Positions 26,708-40,703 of a stretch of DNA of 64,000 nt are shown here, piece by piece. Source of the stretch: Rhizophagus irregularis (lineage: Eukaryota). Position 1 is the stretch's first letter. Every line of letters starts with the position of its first letter. The DNA lies in the NCBI RefSeq assembly GCF_026210795.1, contig NC_089434.1, forward strand, positions 1,922,001 through 1,986,000, written 5' to 3'. Below the pieces are notes generated by a model. That model was not told the origin of the DNA. It was given only the letters and a program-made list of their open reading frames with translations, and made no database searches. A program made the translations under genes and the position numbers.

Positions 26708-28039
26708 TAACATGTATGACAATGCAAACCTTTATTCAATAAAACTGTTGACACTCCTTATCGTAAAAAAATATTTTAATAATAATATTTTTTTTTTTAT
26801 TTACTGATTTGTATTTATCTGTTATTTTATTTATTCTTTAGATATATTTTTAAATTTTCCTTTGGTAATTAAGTTAACAACATCATTATATTTTTTTTTA
26901 GACAAATGGTATTGCGAGATTCTATATAATTAAAAAAATTGTCATGTTTAGATCACTTAATTGAATTGTGTACCATTGAAAAGTGTAATATTCCTGCGCC
27001 GATCTATTTCGTATTTGTTATAGTTAAAGGAATTTAATTGGCCTTAAGAATGTTACACATGATTGCGGTATGTTGATTAATACTAATAAAAAAAGTATAA
27101 TTTTTTCGTCATTTCTGCTTCTTTTTTAGTCTTTTTATTTATTAATTTTTTTTATCTGATTTTTTTTCCTTTCGGTTATCTTAACCCATTTTTTTTCGGT
27201 TTTCTAAAACCGAAATTTTCATTTTTTTTTTAGTATTTTTTTTAACCTGAAAAATAATTGTTTGTGACTGCTGTGATCAGATCGATGCTACGGCTTTTCA
27301 GTTTTTTTTTTGTTAAGATTTTTTTTTTAATCGATGGTATTGTTTTCCGACTAATAAGTTTGTACGGAATTTTTCTTTTGTGGAATTTTTTTTTGTTTAG
27401 TGGGAACTTTTTTTGTTTAGTGAGAATTTTTTTATTAGTCAATAATATTGTTTCCTGACTAATAAGATCACACGAAAATTTTTTTTAACGTTTTTAGTGA
27501 ATTTTTTTTAGTAAAATTTTGTTTTTTAATTAATGATTTTGTAATTAAAACAAGGGATGCTTTCATGACATTTCAAATATTTGTTTATTAATATAACACA
27601 TAATATTATTACTAATACCGAAATTCAAGTGGCTTCTCTTCTTAAGAAATGTTTAGTGAAACACCTAGACAACGTAAATAAAGAAAGTCAAGCCCGTTGA
27701 AGGAAAAACAAAAAACAAGTATAAATCTTATAGATGGGTAGTATATTAATATAAAGTGTCATGAACTGGGAAGAATGGATCAGTTTAAATAATAAATTTC
27801 TAATATCATATAATATCTAATATACCCAAATATGAATCAGAAACTTTATCATTATATTGATTTACATCTAGTTATTATCTAAATTTATTTGACAAATTCT
27901 GAATTTAGATAAAGTTCATCTGTGTTTGATGAATCAACTTGCGGACGTTCATAATGAATTTCTAGATTATATGAAAATAAATAAAAAAAATTAATTATAT
28001 TAAATAGCTAGAGATATACATTTCTGCACATTACTAGTT

Positions 28040-29310
28040 TCAAGACATTGGTGTAAAATCTCGATACCATTCATTTAACTTATTCAAAATCTCATAGGAA
28101 CTACTATTAATAAGAATATCCATCTTATTATAAATTAATTCGTACTTTATTAAGTTGTATTCCTAAATCTGAATTGAACAAATTCTAATTTCAGATTCTT
28201 TTAATATACAAAAGTTATTATACTTTATTCCTTTTTTAAATAAAAATTCTTCACCCTCATATATTTCAGCAACTTTTAATTATATTTGCTTTTATTCGTG
28301 GTAAAATCTTTGATAAAATATTATTATTAAATATAAATTTAAAGAAATGATTTACATCAAATCCAATTATGAAATATTTTGTGGAATACTTATGCAAACA
28401 TTGTAATAATTAACAACATTAGATTTACATTTGCAATATTAAATAATTAACTTGTTAACTTTTAGTGATGATAATAATGTATTAACTAATCTAAAAGAAT
28501 TAAATTGTATTTATAATTAAGATATAAGTAGAAAAAAATGGAAAATTACCAAAGAGTCTTTATTTAGCTCTTCCAAATAGCACCTGTAATTTAAATTTAC
28601 TTTATAATGAAAGAATAGGATCTTCTCATAAGGCAAATTTATTATCTTCAGTTAATTTATTTCTTTGCAAAAAATTTGAAACATGTTAAATCATCAGAAA
28701 ATAAATTAAATTCATATAATAATTATAATAATGCTATCAGTAGATATTATATTGTTGTTTTTAATTCGTTATCGACACAAAGTAAATGTTTGCAAGTACG
28801 TAATTATAAAATAAATAATAATTTAAATTCTTGGGCAGAAAATTTTAAACTTTAAGTTTTTAAATATCATGATTATAATTTTTATCTACGTCAGAAATCT
28901 TTTTTAAAATTCAATTAATTCGGTCTTCTTCCAACACTTTAACTAAGTTAATATTACAATACACTAACGCTAAATGTAAAGATAATCAATTAATACAACA
29001 AGTTCCACTTTATTCACACTTATTAATTCATTTAGAAATTCCTAAATTTTTCCCGGAATTGTTAATTAGTATATTTGAATCATGCACTGGATTAATACAA
29101 CATTATCGGATGATAAACCATCATGGTAAAATGGATTTGGATATTTCCTAATAATTAGTATTAATGAATTGAAATTCTTTCTTGAAGAGTGTGTATGTAG
29201 TAATAGCAAGTTAAAATATATAGAAATAGTTAATTGTGATATTGTTGATGGGTATTTTAATGTTGCTAATGAATTTGGTGTGAAGCTGATTAAAGTATCT
29301 GAGTCACATG
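28040..29310 (+). pseudogene. Heavily degraded coding remnant, possibly RNI-like/LRR (F-box-associated) family
   Basis: Short readable stretches such as ELKFFLEECVCSNSKLKYIEIVNCDIVDGYFNVANEFGVKLIKV near 29165-29300, with many stops and frameshifts upstream. Confidence 0.3.
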
Positions 29311-30117
29311 AGATTAGACTAGGATGGCCTTTTTAACATTCATGACACCGCCTATTAAATGCAGCATCTGAATAGTCAGTATATCTATAAATCTTTATTA
29401 TTTTCATTATTTATCATGATGTATTACATATTATTAGTAAAAAACAATTTTAAGTTGGTTCATATTATAACTGTTACACCAAGTATCTTAAATTTTTCCT
29501 TTCATAATTATCGAAATATATCTATCAACATAAACTTATTTCCAAAGTTTCAGTTTAGGCATGAAAAATTAAAATCATTATTTCTTGGATAAAGTTTGAG
29601 GTTCGAAACCTTATGTAGTATTTGTAAAAATCTATCTTTTGCTATTTTTTCCTTATAAACATCAACTGTAGAAGTGTTAGAAATGTTGTTGGAAGTATGA
29701 ATCAATTGAACAATGCACCCCATTTTGATAAATTCCGATGTATATACTGTAAATTTTACAATGTATTTAGAAATATTTTTACAAATTCTGTATACACGCT
29801 TTTTTATAACCATCTTTTTCCATCTTTTTTTTCCGTAAAAGGCGCTCATATTTCCGGAATTAAAAACCTTATATCACGGAAATTATCAAATCATTTACAT
29901 TTTCCGTAAATGTATCCTCAAATATTTGTATGGAAAATTTATATTAAATAAGGCAAAAGAGTATCAAAAGGTCATACAAAATTTAATGTGTTTAATTATA
30001 TATCAAATATAGTAAAAAATATTTTTAAAATTTAAAAAATTATGATCATGTCGGTTGTTGATTTGTTGAATCTTGTTGGCTCAAATCAATAACAACTTAT
30101 TGGATAAGAGATGTTAT

Positions 30118-30325
30118 AGGACCCAGAAATATATATATATAGGGGTCAGGTGAGAAAAAATTTTTTACTATGAGCTGTACGCATTTTTTCAGGGCCGGAA
30201 TTATGATAATGTCAGTCGGATACAAATAAAATTCTGACTGGAATTATCGAAAATTATCTAAAAAAGGAAAGATTTTCATGATTTGTTCAAATACGCTGAC
30301 CTTTTTATATATATTTCTGGGTCCT
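30118..30325. mobile_element. Short derivative of the 9330-9880 TIR family
   Basis: Same TIR aggacccagaaatatatata; 8-bp TSD gatgttat at 30110-30117 and 30326-30333. Confidence 0.85.
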
Positions 30326-31419
30326 GATGTTATCATTATATAATATTATAACCCAAAATATATTATCACTCACGAGTAATATTTATTAAATAGGAAATTA
30401 AACATGTGCTTGTGATATGTTATATCAATCACAGCAATGTAAGTACTATGACTCAATCTTAGTCGCGTCATTTATATTATAACGCGTATATCATTCTGAC
30501 GCGTGGGATGTTAAGGATAAAATAGTCTTTTTTTTCTCAGTCACCCTCATCTTTCTTTTCTCTTTTTTCAGCTTTCTCTTTTTTTAAGTCTTCTCTTTCT
30601 CTCTGTCTTTACTCCAATTTCACCTTTTCTTATCTTTTAACTGAAGAACTGCGATATGTTAGAAACTAGTTGAGCTATTCAACATCCATGGTAGAGTCTT
30701 GTTTTTTTTACTCCTTTGTTGATAATAGAACTCAGCACTCAAATTTCTTATTTCCACCAAAAACGTAATAATGACTACACATATTTTTCTATGTACGAAA
30801 TATAGCCATGAAACTGTCCACAAAAATCAGCAAGTGCAACCTTGCTTCTTCCAGTTGTTTTTAAACGCTATTAATAGTCTTTTATATTTATGTAACTACC
30901 CTAACCTTTTGGTTTACCTTCAACTCCCTTTCTTGCTGTATCATTCAAACTGTCATCTGCTATACGATTTTTTATCTCCTAAGATTGATTAATCAGGTTA
31001 ATATATGCATCAATAGTATTTTGAGATGTATAAACAGTAGCAATATAGCTTAATACTGATATAACATTTCACTCATGAAAATTAGATCTCATTAGGGATT
31101 TAACATTTTTATTTTGAACAAGTGTTAATTACAAAATTTGCAAAATTTGACTACTCAGTATATTTGGATAAATTATCTTGGAGGCTTGGATCCAGTTTGG
31201 TTTATTTATAACACTTATTATTTAAGTTTCTTATCACTGACAAACAAAAATGCATGGAAGAGTGTGAAAAAATAATAGAATAAGAGATTATTGGTATTTT
31301 TTATCAAATTATCAAACCATTAACTTCTATCTCTCTTTTCTGCCTTTTCTATTTTTAGTGGTTGGACTTTAGAAACTTCAAAAAGTTCATTTGATTGATT
31401 TATTTATTTATTTACTTTT

Positions 31420-32630
31420 TTTTTCTAGGGTTGATAATTGAGATAAGATAAATCTGCATATTTTTTTTTTTTAATAATATGACATTTTAATAACATGGTT
31501 TTCATTTTTTTTTTTTAGAGTTTATATTGAGATAAGATAAATCCTTGGATATGGTTTGACTTTACTGTATATTTTGTAATAGTACATCAATTTACTAACA
31601 TGTTTTTCATTTTTTTTTCTAGAGTTGATGATTGAGATAAATCCTTGGATATGGTTTGATTTTATTGCATTTTTTTTTAATAGTACACCATTTTACTAAC
31701 ATGTTTTTCGTCTTATTTTTCTAGAGTTGATGATTAAGATAAATCCTTGGATATGGTTTGACTTTATTGCATTTTTTTTTTAATAGTACACCATTTTACT
31801 AACATGTTTTTCGTTTTATTTTTCTAGAGTTGATGATTAAGATAAATCCTTGGATATGGTTTGACTTTATTGCATGTTTTTTTAATAATACAACATTTCA
31901 CTAACATGTTTTTCAATTTTTTTTTTAAAGTTTATAATTGAGATAAGATAAATCCTTGGATATAGTTTGAATTTATTTGCATGTTTTTTAATAGTATTTT
32001 TACTAACATGTTTTTTTTTTATTTTTTTTTAGAGTTGATAGAGTTGTTAATTGAGATAAGATAAATCCTTGGATATGGTTTGACTTTACTGTATGTTTTT
32101 TTTTAATAGTAACTAATTTATAACATGTTTTTTATTTTTTTCTAGAGTTGATAAATGAATTTCTTGGATATAGTTTGACTTTATTGCATGTTTTTTTTAA
32201 TAGTACACCATTTTACTAACATGTTTCTCATTATTTTTCTAGAGTTGATGATTGAGATAAATCTTGGATATGGTTTGACTTTATTACATGTTTTTTTAAT
32301 AATACAACATTTTACTAACATGTTTTTCAATTTTTTTTCTAGAGATAATTAAAGATTAAGATAAATTGTTTGGATCATAACTTTTTTAGTTAGTACAACA
32401 TTTATTAACATGTTTTTTTTTCGGAGTTAATACGAACATGGAAATGAATATACTTATGATATTGGATGTAGTTAGAGTTAATAATAGTTTTAAAGATATA
32501 TTTGGACTGCTTATAAAGAATTAAATCCTAGGATATGGTTTGACTTCACTTATGCGTTTTTTATTAGTACAATATTTTACTAACATATTTTTTTTTTCTT
32601 TCCTTTTCCATAGTTGATAATTGAGATACA
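31420..32630 (+). repeat. Tandem array of ~102-bp intron-plus-mini-exon-like units (about 10-12 copies)
   Basis: ctag anchors at 31619, 31721, 31824, 32142, 32239 and 32339, plus variants. Unit: agttgatgattgagataaatccttggatatg|gtttgac...tttactaacatgtttt...ttttctag. Confidence 0.9.
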
Positions 32631-32679
32631 TGAGGATTACTTTGCAAAGAAAAATATATTGGAAGAAATAATTGTGAAA

Positions 32680-34040
32680 TTTTTTGATTCTTAATATGTT
32701 ACTTTATCTGGATACTGAATAAAAATGTGAAAAGACAATAGATAAATAAATAATATTAAAATTTTGAACAACTTGGACGCTAAATTGAAAAATTAATTAT
32801 TAGTAGTAAAGAATAATAGAAAGATTAAGATTAATTATGTTACTGGAAAAGATTAACTGTTAATTAATTATATGATACTGGAAAAGAAAAATTATAGGAT
32901 ACTGGATTACTGGAAAAGATTAATTATTTGTTGTGGAGAATAATAGATTTTTTTTGATTCTTAATATGTTATTAGATAAAGTTATTTGATGAAATAATCT
33001 CGGATATGGTTTGATTTTTAAAATTTGGGATCTTTCTTATTATATAACATTTATTAACATATTTTCTTTATCTGGATACTAAATAAAAATGAATGATATT
33101 GAAATTTTGGACAATTTGTTTGGATGTTAAATTGAAGAATTAATTATTTGTAGTGGAGGATAATAGATGATACTGGAAAGATTAAAATTAATTATATGAT
33201 ACTGGAAAAGAAAATTATGATACTGGAAAAGATTATTATAAGTTACTGGAAAAGATTAATTGTATGATACTGGAAAAGATTAATTATTTGTAGTGGAGAA
33301 TAATAGATTTTTTTGATTCTTAATATGTTACTAGATAAAGTTATTTGATGAAATAATCTCGGATATGGTTTGGTTTTAAAATTTTGGGATCTTACTTATT
33401 ATATAACATTTTACTAACATATTTTCTTTATCTGGATACTAAATAAAAAATGAATGATATTGAAATTTTGAACAATTGGATGTTAAACTGAAAAATTAAT
33501 TATTGGTAGTGAAGAATAATAGATGATACTGGAAAGATTAAGATTAATTATATGATACTGGAAAGATTAAAGATTAATTATATGTTAACTGGAAAAGATT
33601 AATTGTATGATACTGGAAAAGATTAATTATTTGTAGTGGAGAATAATAATTTTTTGATTTTTAATATGTTACTAGACAAATTTATTTGATGAAATAATCT
33701 TGGATATGGTTTGATTTTAAAATTTGTAATCTTTCTTATTATAAAACATTTTACTAACATATTTTTTTTATCTGGATACTAAATAAAAAATGAATGATAT
33801 TAAAATTTTGAACAATTTGAACAATTTGGATGTTAAACTGAAAAATTAATTATTGATAGTGAAGAATAATAGATGATACTGGAAAGATTAATGATTGGTA
33901 GTGGAGAATTATAGATTTTGATTCTTAATATGTTATTAGTCATTTGATGAAATAATCTCGGATATGGTTTGATTTTTAAAAATTTGTGATCTTTCTTATT
34001 ATATAACATTTACTAACATATTTTCTTTATCTGGATACTA
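32680..34040 (+). repeat. Second tandem array, ~260-360-bp units (about 4 copies) with nested gatactggaaaagatta subrepeats
   Basis: aataatct(c/t)ggatatggtttg at ~32993, 33352, 33693 and 33952. Shares the ggatatg|gtttga...ta(c/t)taacat core with the first array. Confidence 0.85.
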
Positions 34041-35269
34041 AATATCAAATATATTAATTTTGATTTTGATAACTATAGATAATGTTATATTAGTATACTA
34101 AGTATTTTTTTAATTGTTAAAGAGACAAATGAATCAATCTTTAGAATTGTTATTACATTGATCTGGATAAGCAAAGGATAAATTAAAATTTTGGTATTCT
34201 AAGCTGTGGTTTGATTTATTTATTTTATTTGTTCATTTTTTTTTTATTAAAAGGTATTTCACTAATTTGGATAAATGTAAAATATTATTGTTAATTATTT
34301 GGATAAATATGGAAAGTGTGAAGATTGTGATTTATTGGAAGAATCAATGGATTAATAGATTTCAAGTGATAAATATATGGAAAAACAATGGATGATTAAT
34401 ATTATAAAATTATATTTGGCTTGATAAATATAAAGATCAATTATGACCGAGTTATTTTGGACCTAACAAATGAATTTTATCGAATTAGATTATTTATGTA
34501 GAATTCAAAAATATCCTAGGATATGGTTTGATTTTATTTGTTTGTTTGTTTGTCATTATTGTAATATTCTATTAACATGATTTTATTGCTGGATGAATGA
34601 ATAAATATTTGGTATGTGGATTGTTTGATCATTAATTTACTTAAACGTATTGCCGGACAAAATTATTGGATAAGGTAAAAGATATTTGGTAACTTATTTC
34701 TTATTCTGGAGGTAGTATAATTTATTGATAAAATGGATTATATTTAACAAATGAAAAATAGCTGCCAATTGCAAAGAGCTCTGAATCTATTGAATGATGA
34801 AACAAATTGACGATCAAGCGAATAATGCGAATATTGTGAATATGAATATATGGTAAGTATCTCTGAAAGCTTCGAATAAGTAATATATAAATGAAATCAG
34901 ATTGATTCATTTAACATGTTTTATATTAGCCAAAAGTAACGGAATAATATAAAATCAGAATAACTCAATAATTTGAAGATAAATAATAATTATCGCTACC
35001 ACCACTGTTGGCCAGTTAACAAAATAATATGCAAAATCATCAATAAATTAACGAACTAAGGACTAAAGCTCTCTCAGATTTAAATTTTTACACGTTTATT
35101 TTCCTTCTTTCTAGCATACCTTATAATTCATTACAACTGTTCTAAAGTATAAGTTATTAACAAATATTTCAGAATTTTTTCGCCACATGGACTTGAATTA
35201 AATTAATGATATATTGATTTATAAAACAAAAATATTTACCCTTGACTTTAATTTAATTATCTATCGAAA

Positions 35270-38200
35270 CTAGTTATTCAATGCATTATCAGTCGTATCT
35301 TGCCCAGCTAATTTTTTAAACCATGTAGATGCTTTAATTTCATCTTTTTCAATACCTATTCCGTATTGATAACATTGCCCCAAATTATATTGTGCTTGTG
35401 TACTTCCATTTTTTGCTGCTTTTTGATACCAATAAAATGCCTTTTTGAAATCTTTTTCTACGCCTATACCATTTTCATAAAATATGCCTAATCTACATTG
35501 CGCTTCGCTAAATTCTTGTTCAGCTGATTTTTTATGCCACTCAAATGCTTTAATATCGTCTTTTTCAATGCCATTTCCATTTCGATAACATCGTCCTAAA
35601 TTATGTTGTGCAAATTTATTTCCATTTTCTGCTGCTTTCTGATACCAATAAATTGCTTCCTTTAAATCTTTTTCTGTAACCATACCAGTTTCATAACATG
35701 TTCCTAAACTATTTTGTGCTTCACTACATTCTTGTTCAGCTGATTTTTTATACAATTCAAATGCTTTAATATTGTCTTTTTCAATGCCCTTTCCATGTCG
35801 ATAACATCGTCCTAAATTATGTTGTGCAGATTTATTTCCATTTTCTGCTGCTTTTTGATACCAATAAAATGCTTTTTTAAAATCTTTTTCCACGCCTTTA
35901 CCAACTTCATAAAAAATTCCTAAGTTATTTTGTGCATCACTATATTCTTGTTCAGCCGACTTTTTATACCACTCAAATGCTTTAATATCGTCTTTTTCAA
36001 TACCATTTCCATATTGATAACATTGTCCTAACTTATGTTGTGCAGATTTATTTCCATTTTCAGCTGCTTTTTGATACCAATAAACTGCTTTTATTAAGTC
36101 TTTATCTTGCTCGGCTGATTTTTTAAACCGTTCAAATTCTTTAATTTTATTTTTTTCAATATCATTATTATTTAAACTAAGTTGTTCAATTTCATTTTCA
36201 TTTTCTGTTGATTTTTGATGCTGATCGATTGCTTTTTCTAAATCCTTTTCCGCACTTCTAACATTTTCAGGTTCACTTTGTACTTTTTTAGCCGATTTTT
36301 TATACAATTTAAATGTTTTGCTTTCATTATTACCAATACCATCTCCATATTTATCTAAATTACATTGTGCGTCTTTATTTTCGCTTTTTGCTGATTCTTT
36401 ATACCAATAAATTGCTTTTTCTAAATCTTTTTCTATGCCTATACCATTTTCATAACAAATTCCTAAATTATTTTGTGCAACATCACTTCCATTTTCTGCC
36501 GATTTTTGATACCAATAAAATGCTTTATTTAAGTCTTTTTCTACGCCTATACCATTTTCATAACAAATTCCTAAACTATTTTGTGCATCACTATATTTTA
36601 ATTCAGCTGATTTTTTATACCATTCAAACGCCTTACTTGCATTTTTTTCAACACCTTCACCATATTGATAACTTAGGCCTAAATTATATTGTGCAAACAT
36701 ATTTCCATTTTCTGCTGCCTTTTGATACCAATAAAATGCTTCTTTTGAATCTTTTTCTACGCCTATACCATTTTTAAAAAATATCCCTAAACTATATTGT
36801 GCATCACTATATTCTTGTTCAGCCGAATTTATATACCACTCAAATGCTTTAATTTCATCTTTTTCAATACCATTCCCATATTCATAACATTGTCCTAAAT
36901 TATATTGTGCAAATTTATTTCCATTCTCCGCTGACTTTTGATACCAATAAAATGCTTCTTTTAAATCTTTTTCTATACCGATACCATTATTATAACAGTA
37001 TCCAAGCTTATTTTGTGCATCATTATGTTCTTGTTCAGCTGATTTTTTATACCACTCAAATGCTTTAATTTCATCCTTTTCAATATTATTTCCATATTGA
37101 TAACATGTACCTAAATTATATTGAGCGATTCTATCTCCATTTTCTGCTGCCATTTCATACCAATTGATTTTTTGTACTAATCCACTTGAATCTGTACTTT
37201 TATTATTTAATTCTTTTAATAAATTACTTTTTTCCCTAGTTTCACTAGTATATAATTTATGATTTTCTTGTAAAGAAATTAATTTAAGGGAAGAAAAAAG
37301 TTCATGTATATTTGGACGTTCATTTGGTTCATATTTCCAACATTCTAATTTAAATATATAATTAGAATAATTTAAAATTAATTTCTGCCTAAAAAAAAGT
37401 TTACCAATATGTTATAATAAATATTATCAATACAACTTACTCGCGTATAAGTCACTATATACGATAGGCGTACCAACAACAATTTCTTCTCTTTTTCCTC
37501 CTTGTATAGCTAAGATTAAACTTACGTCATGTTCCAAATTTTCAAATGGTTGACGACCACTTGAAATTTGCCACATAATAACTCCAATACTATATATATC
37601 GGATTTTTCATTTAATCTATAATCATTATTAAAAGTTTTCGGATCTATATAAGGTAGTACACCGAATATATTTGATCTACTACCTGATGCTTCAGCAATT
37701 TTTTTTGATAAGCCGAAGTCTGCCAACTTAATACTTTTCTGATGTACAAGTACATTATTTGGATGCTATATATATACAGTAATATTAATGAATTAATTTT
37801 GTTTAAATAAATTAGATAAATTAATAATTAATAAAGTTAATAAATTACCAAATCACGATGAATGATATCACGTTCATGTAAACATAATATAGCATCTGTT
37901 AATTGTAATGCTAAACAAAATTTATCTTTCCATTCAAGTTCATTAAAATTTTCGTTTAGATATGTTTTTAATGTAGCATTATCAGCATATTCCAAAACTA
38001 AAGCATAATTTTCTAAATAAAAAAAATATTTTTTGTTAAAATATTTTATTGTTATAAATTTAATTAATAATTAATTTTATTCTTACCAGTTTCCGTTTTT
38101 GTGATTCCATAAAATTTTATTATGTTCGCATTAAAATGAACATCCCGATGTAATTTTAACTGCAATTATAATAAAGTAAAACAAAATTAAAAAGTTAATT

Positions 38201-38509
38201 TATTAATATAATTTTAAATTATTTAACTAAGGAGTAAACCTTAAAAAAAAAATAATAATAATTTTAAATTCAAAATACCTCATTGACAATTTCTTTAAGA
38301 GTCGGATTTGAATTATTAAAAGATTTTAAAACTAAAATTGTATCAGTATTTTTCCAATTAGCACGAGAGACACTTCCAAATGAACCATTTCCTATTTGTT
38401 TAATATTTTTGAATTCTGAATATTCATAATAACTTAAATATTCATTTGCAATTGATTTTTCTAACCAATCGATGTAATAATTTGAATCTTTAACTTCTTT
38501 ATTTGACAT
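35270..38509 (-). CDS. TKL-type kinase fused to SEL1 (SLR) repeats
   Basis: ATG 38509; exons encode [39 protein letters not shown] and [10 protein letters not shown]. The last exon 37344-35270 is open and contains 14 intact 36-aa SEL1 repeats plus about 4 degenerate ones. Confidence 0.92.
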
Positions 38510-39599
38510 TTTATCTTTCTTTTTTTTTGTCAAAGAAGAAGATAAGAATATTATTAAAAAAACAATAACGTTACTATTTAGTCTATTTATGTATTACAAA
38601 TTAAATCATTTATTTGCTTTGTCATACACATTTGGACGTTATCACTTTCGCCGATCAGGAACAGAATTTCATGCGCCAATAACTCGTGTCGCCACATAAC
38701 CGTGCATAACTCAGACGTAAATATTTATTACTAAGCGCACATTTTCAAGCCATTTCCGCCATTTTCTTTCACAGAGGTGGCTTTTATAATTATGCTTCGA
38801 CTAGTACTCAATAATCGGACAGAAGTAGCTATCGGATGAAATTAATTTATTATGAGTATATATATTATAGTATATGAAATTTCAGTTTTTACTTTTATGT
38901 TAATTTTTGTTAATAAGGAAAAATATCTTATTCAAATACTTTGGCTCAAACAAAATTTAGAAAATTTTAAAATCATTTTTCTATTTATAATCTGACACTT
39001 TTGCGTTATTAGTGTTAGTTATATTAAGTATTTACATAGTTTAATATTATTTATGTTGCAGCAATCACTAAATAATACGGGAGGTTGATATAGTTTCTAA
39101 CGGAAAATTTTATATACTAAAGGTTGTTTTCATATTCCACGGGACGCTCGGCAAATTTCGTTTCCGAATACGCCGAGTACGTCGGTAATTGATGCAAACT
39201 AAAATAAATCAGCTGATGATGCACATCAATAGAATCATATATTGGGATTGCTGCTGCGATTGGATTAAAGCGTCAATTATAATCTAAACATCATTTACAT
39301 CATTTTTTTTTAAAAAACAGTGAATATCTCTTTTTTATTAATCCAAATTTATACAATATACAAAATACGTAATAAACTAGAAATACCTAGACCTTATATG
39401 TAATTGGACAAACCTAACCCTATATTAAGTGCACCAACACTAAAGAATTCTAGTACCTATACGTACGCAAAAGGGCCAATAAAAGGATTTCTAATATAAA
39501 TTATAATAAATAAATAAATAAATAAATTTATACACCATAGTAGTCACACAGACTAATTAGTCAAAACTATGTTAGCGATACGGCATTGATAATTTATTA

Positions 39600-40216
39600 C
39601 ATTATGTAAAATTATAAGTTTAATTAAATAGAATACATCATACTAAATGATGATTTCACAAAAAGACTGAAGGACGAGAATCGCAAACAAGTTGGTGAGA
39701 AAAGACCGATTTTGGGGTCACCATCACCGCGAAAGACGAACGAATCTGAAGAAAAAAGAAGGTGAGAAGACAAGGATATGGTAACTGGCATCTTACAATC
39801 GAAGTCACGTGATTTCACGTTAAAAAATATTCCGATAACAAATGAGAGAAAAAGATGCAAGTAACGGTTAAAAGAAATTATGAAATTAATAAGGAACTAA
39901 ATGTGGAAAAGAGGTCGACCTATGCATTAGTTAGCATTGTAGTCCATTACTAGATTAGCGAGAGCTTCTCTTGATTTAGTTTCTTAATTTAGTTTAATTT
40001 TCTTTATTTGTTAGTTTAGTTAGGTCCACTTGAGTTTAGGTTTATACGGGTTTGTTTATTTTTTTATTTATTTATTTCTTTTTTATTTTATTGTATTAGG
40101 ATAGATTGGACTCTGTTATAGATTCGTTTCGTGTTGCACGAACGGGTCTAGGTATTTCGAAATTGGATTTCTATCCTAAATAAAGAAATGCGTTACAATT
40201 TTATTTAAAAAAAAAA
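39600..40216 (+). mobile_element. Possible retroelement 3' tail remnant
   Basis: Purine-rich coding-like stretch, T-rich UTR, AATAAA and an A-run at ~40206. The motif ggtctaggtatttc also occurs inverted at ~39380. Confidence 0.3.
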
Positions 40217-40450
40217 ATAAAGTTTAATTAAATAATATTGCGTTTGTTTTTCAACTTCCTTTTCAGTTGGAGACCGTTCTTAAGGACTATCCCCAAACAA
40301 CTAATGCGGGCCAAGGTTGCTTATTTTGTTTTAAGCTATTTTGCTGTGAAAACTTGAAGACAAATTGATAATTCAATAATGCGACGAAACATTTTTAGTT
40401 ATGTCAATTATTTTAATAGACAAAATGCCAAAAAAAAAGCACAATCACGT

Positions 40451-40703
40451 TAGGTGTCCAGGGGTTGTCGTGATGACCCAAAAATCGCGCGTGATTTTCA
40501 CGATTTTTCGCAAATTCGCGATTGGCCGAAATTAACTAAAGCCGTAAGGCGCCATAATTTTAGCCGGAATTATTTTGGCCAGAATTTCAGCAAAATCATA
40601 ATCACATGGTTATCCATCCATCCAATCAGCGTGGAAATCGTGAAATTTTATCAAAAAATCGCGGCCACCCCAAATCGCAAAAAATTAGCTCCAGGACACC
40701 CTA
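40451..40703. mobile_element. hAT-like MITE
   Basis: TIR taggtgtcc...ggacacccta; 8-bp TSD aatcacgt at 40443-40450 and 40704-40711. Confidence 0.85.

Noticed and set aside
31420..34040. CRISPR-like interpretation of the arrays
   Set aside because: Whole units are homologous with no unique spacers, there are no cas genes, and the context is eukaryotic.
36313..36777. 154-aa repetitive + strand ORF
   Set aside because: Antisense shadow of the SEL1 repeats.
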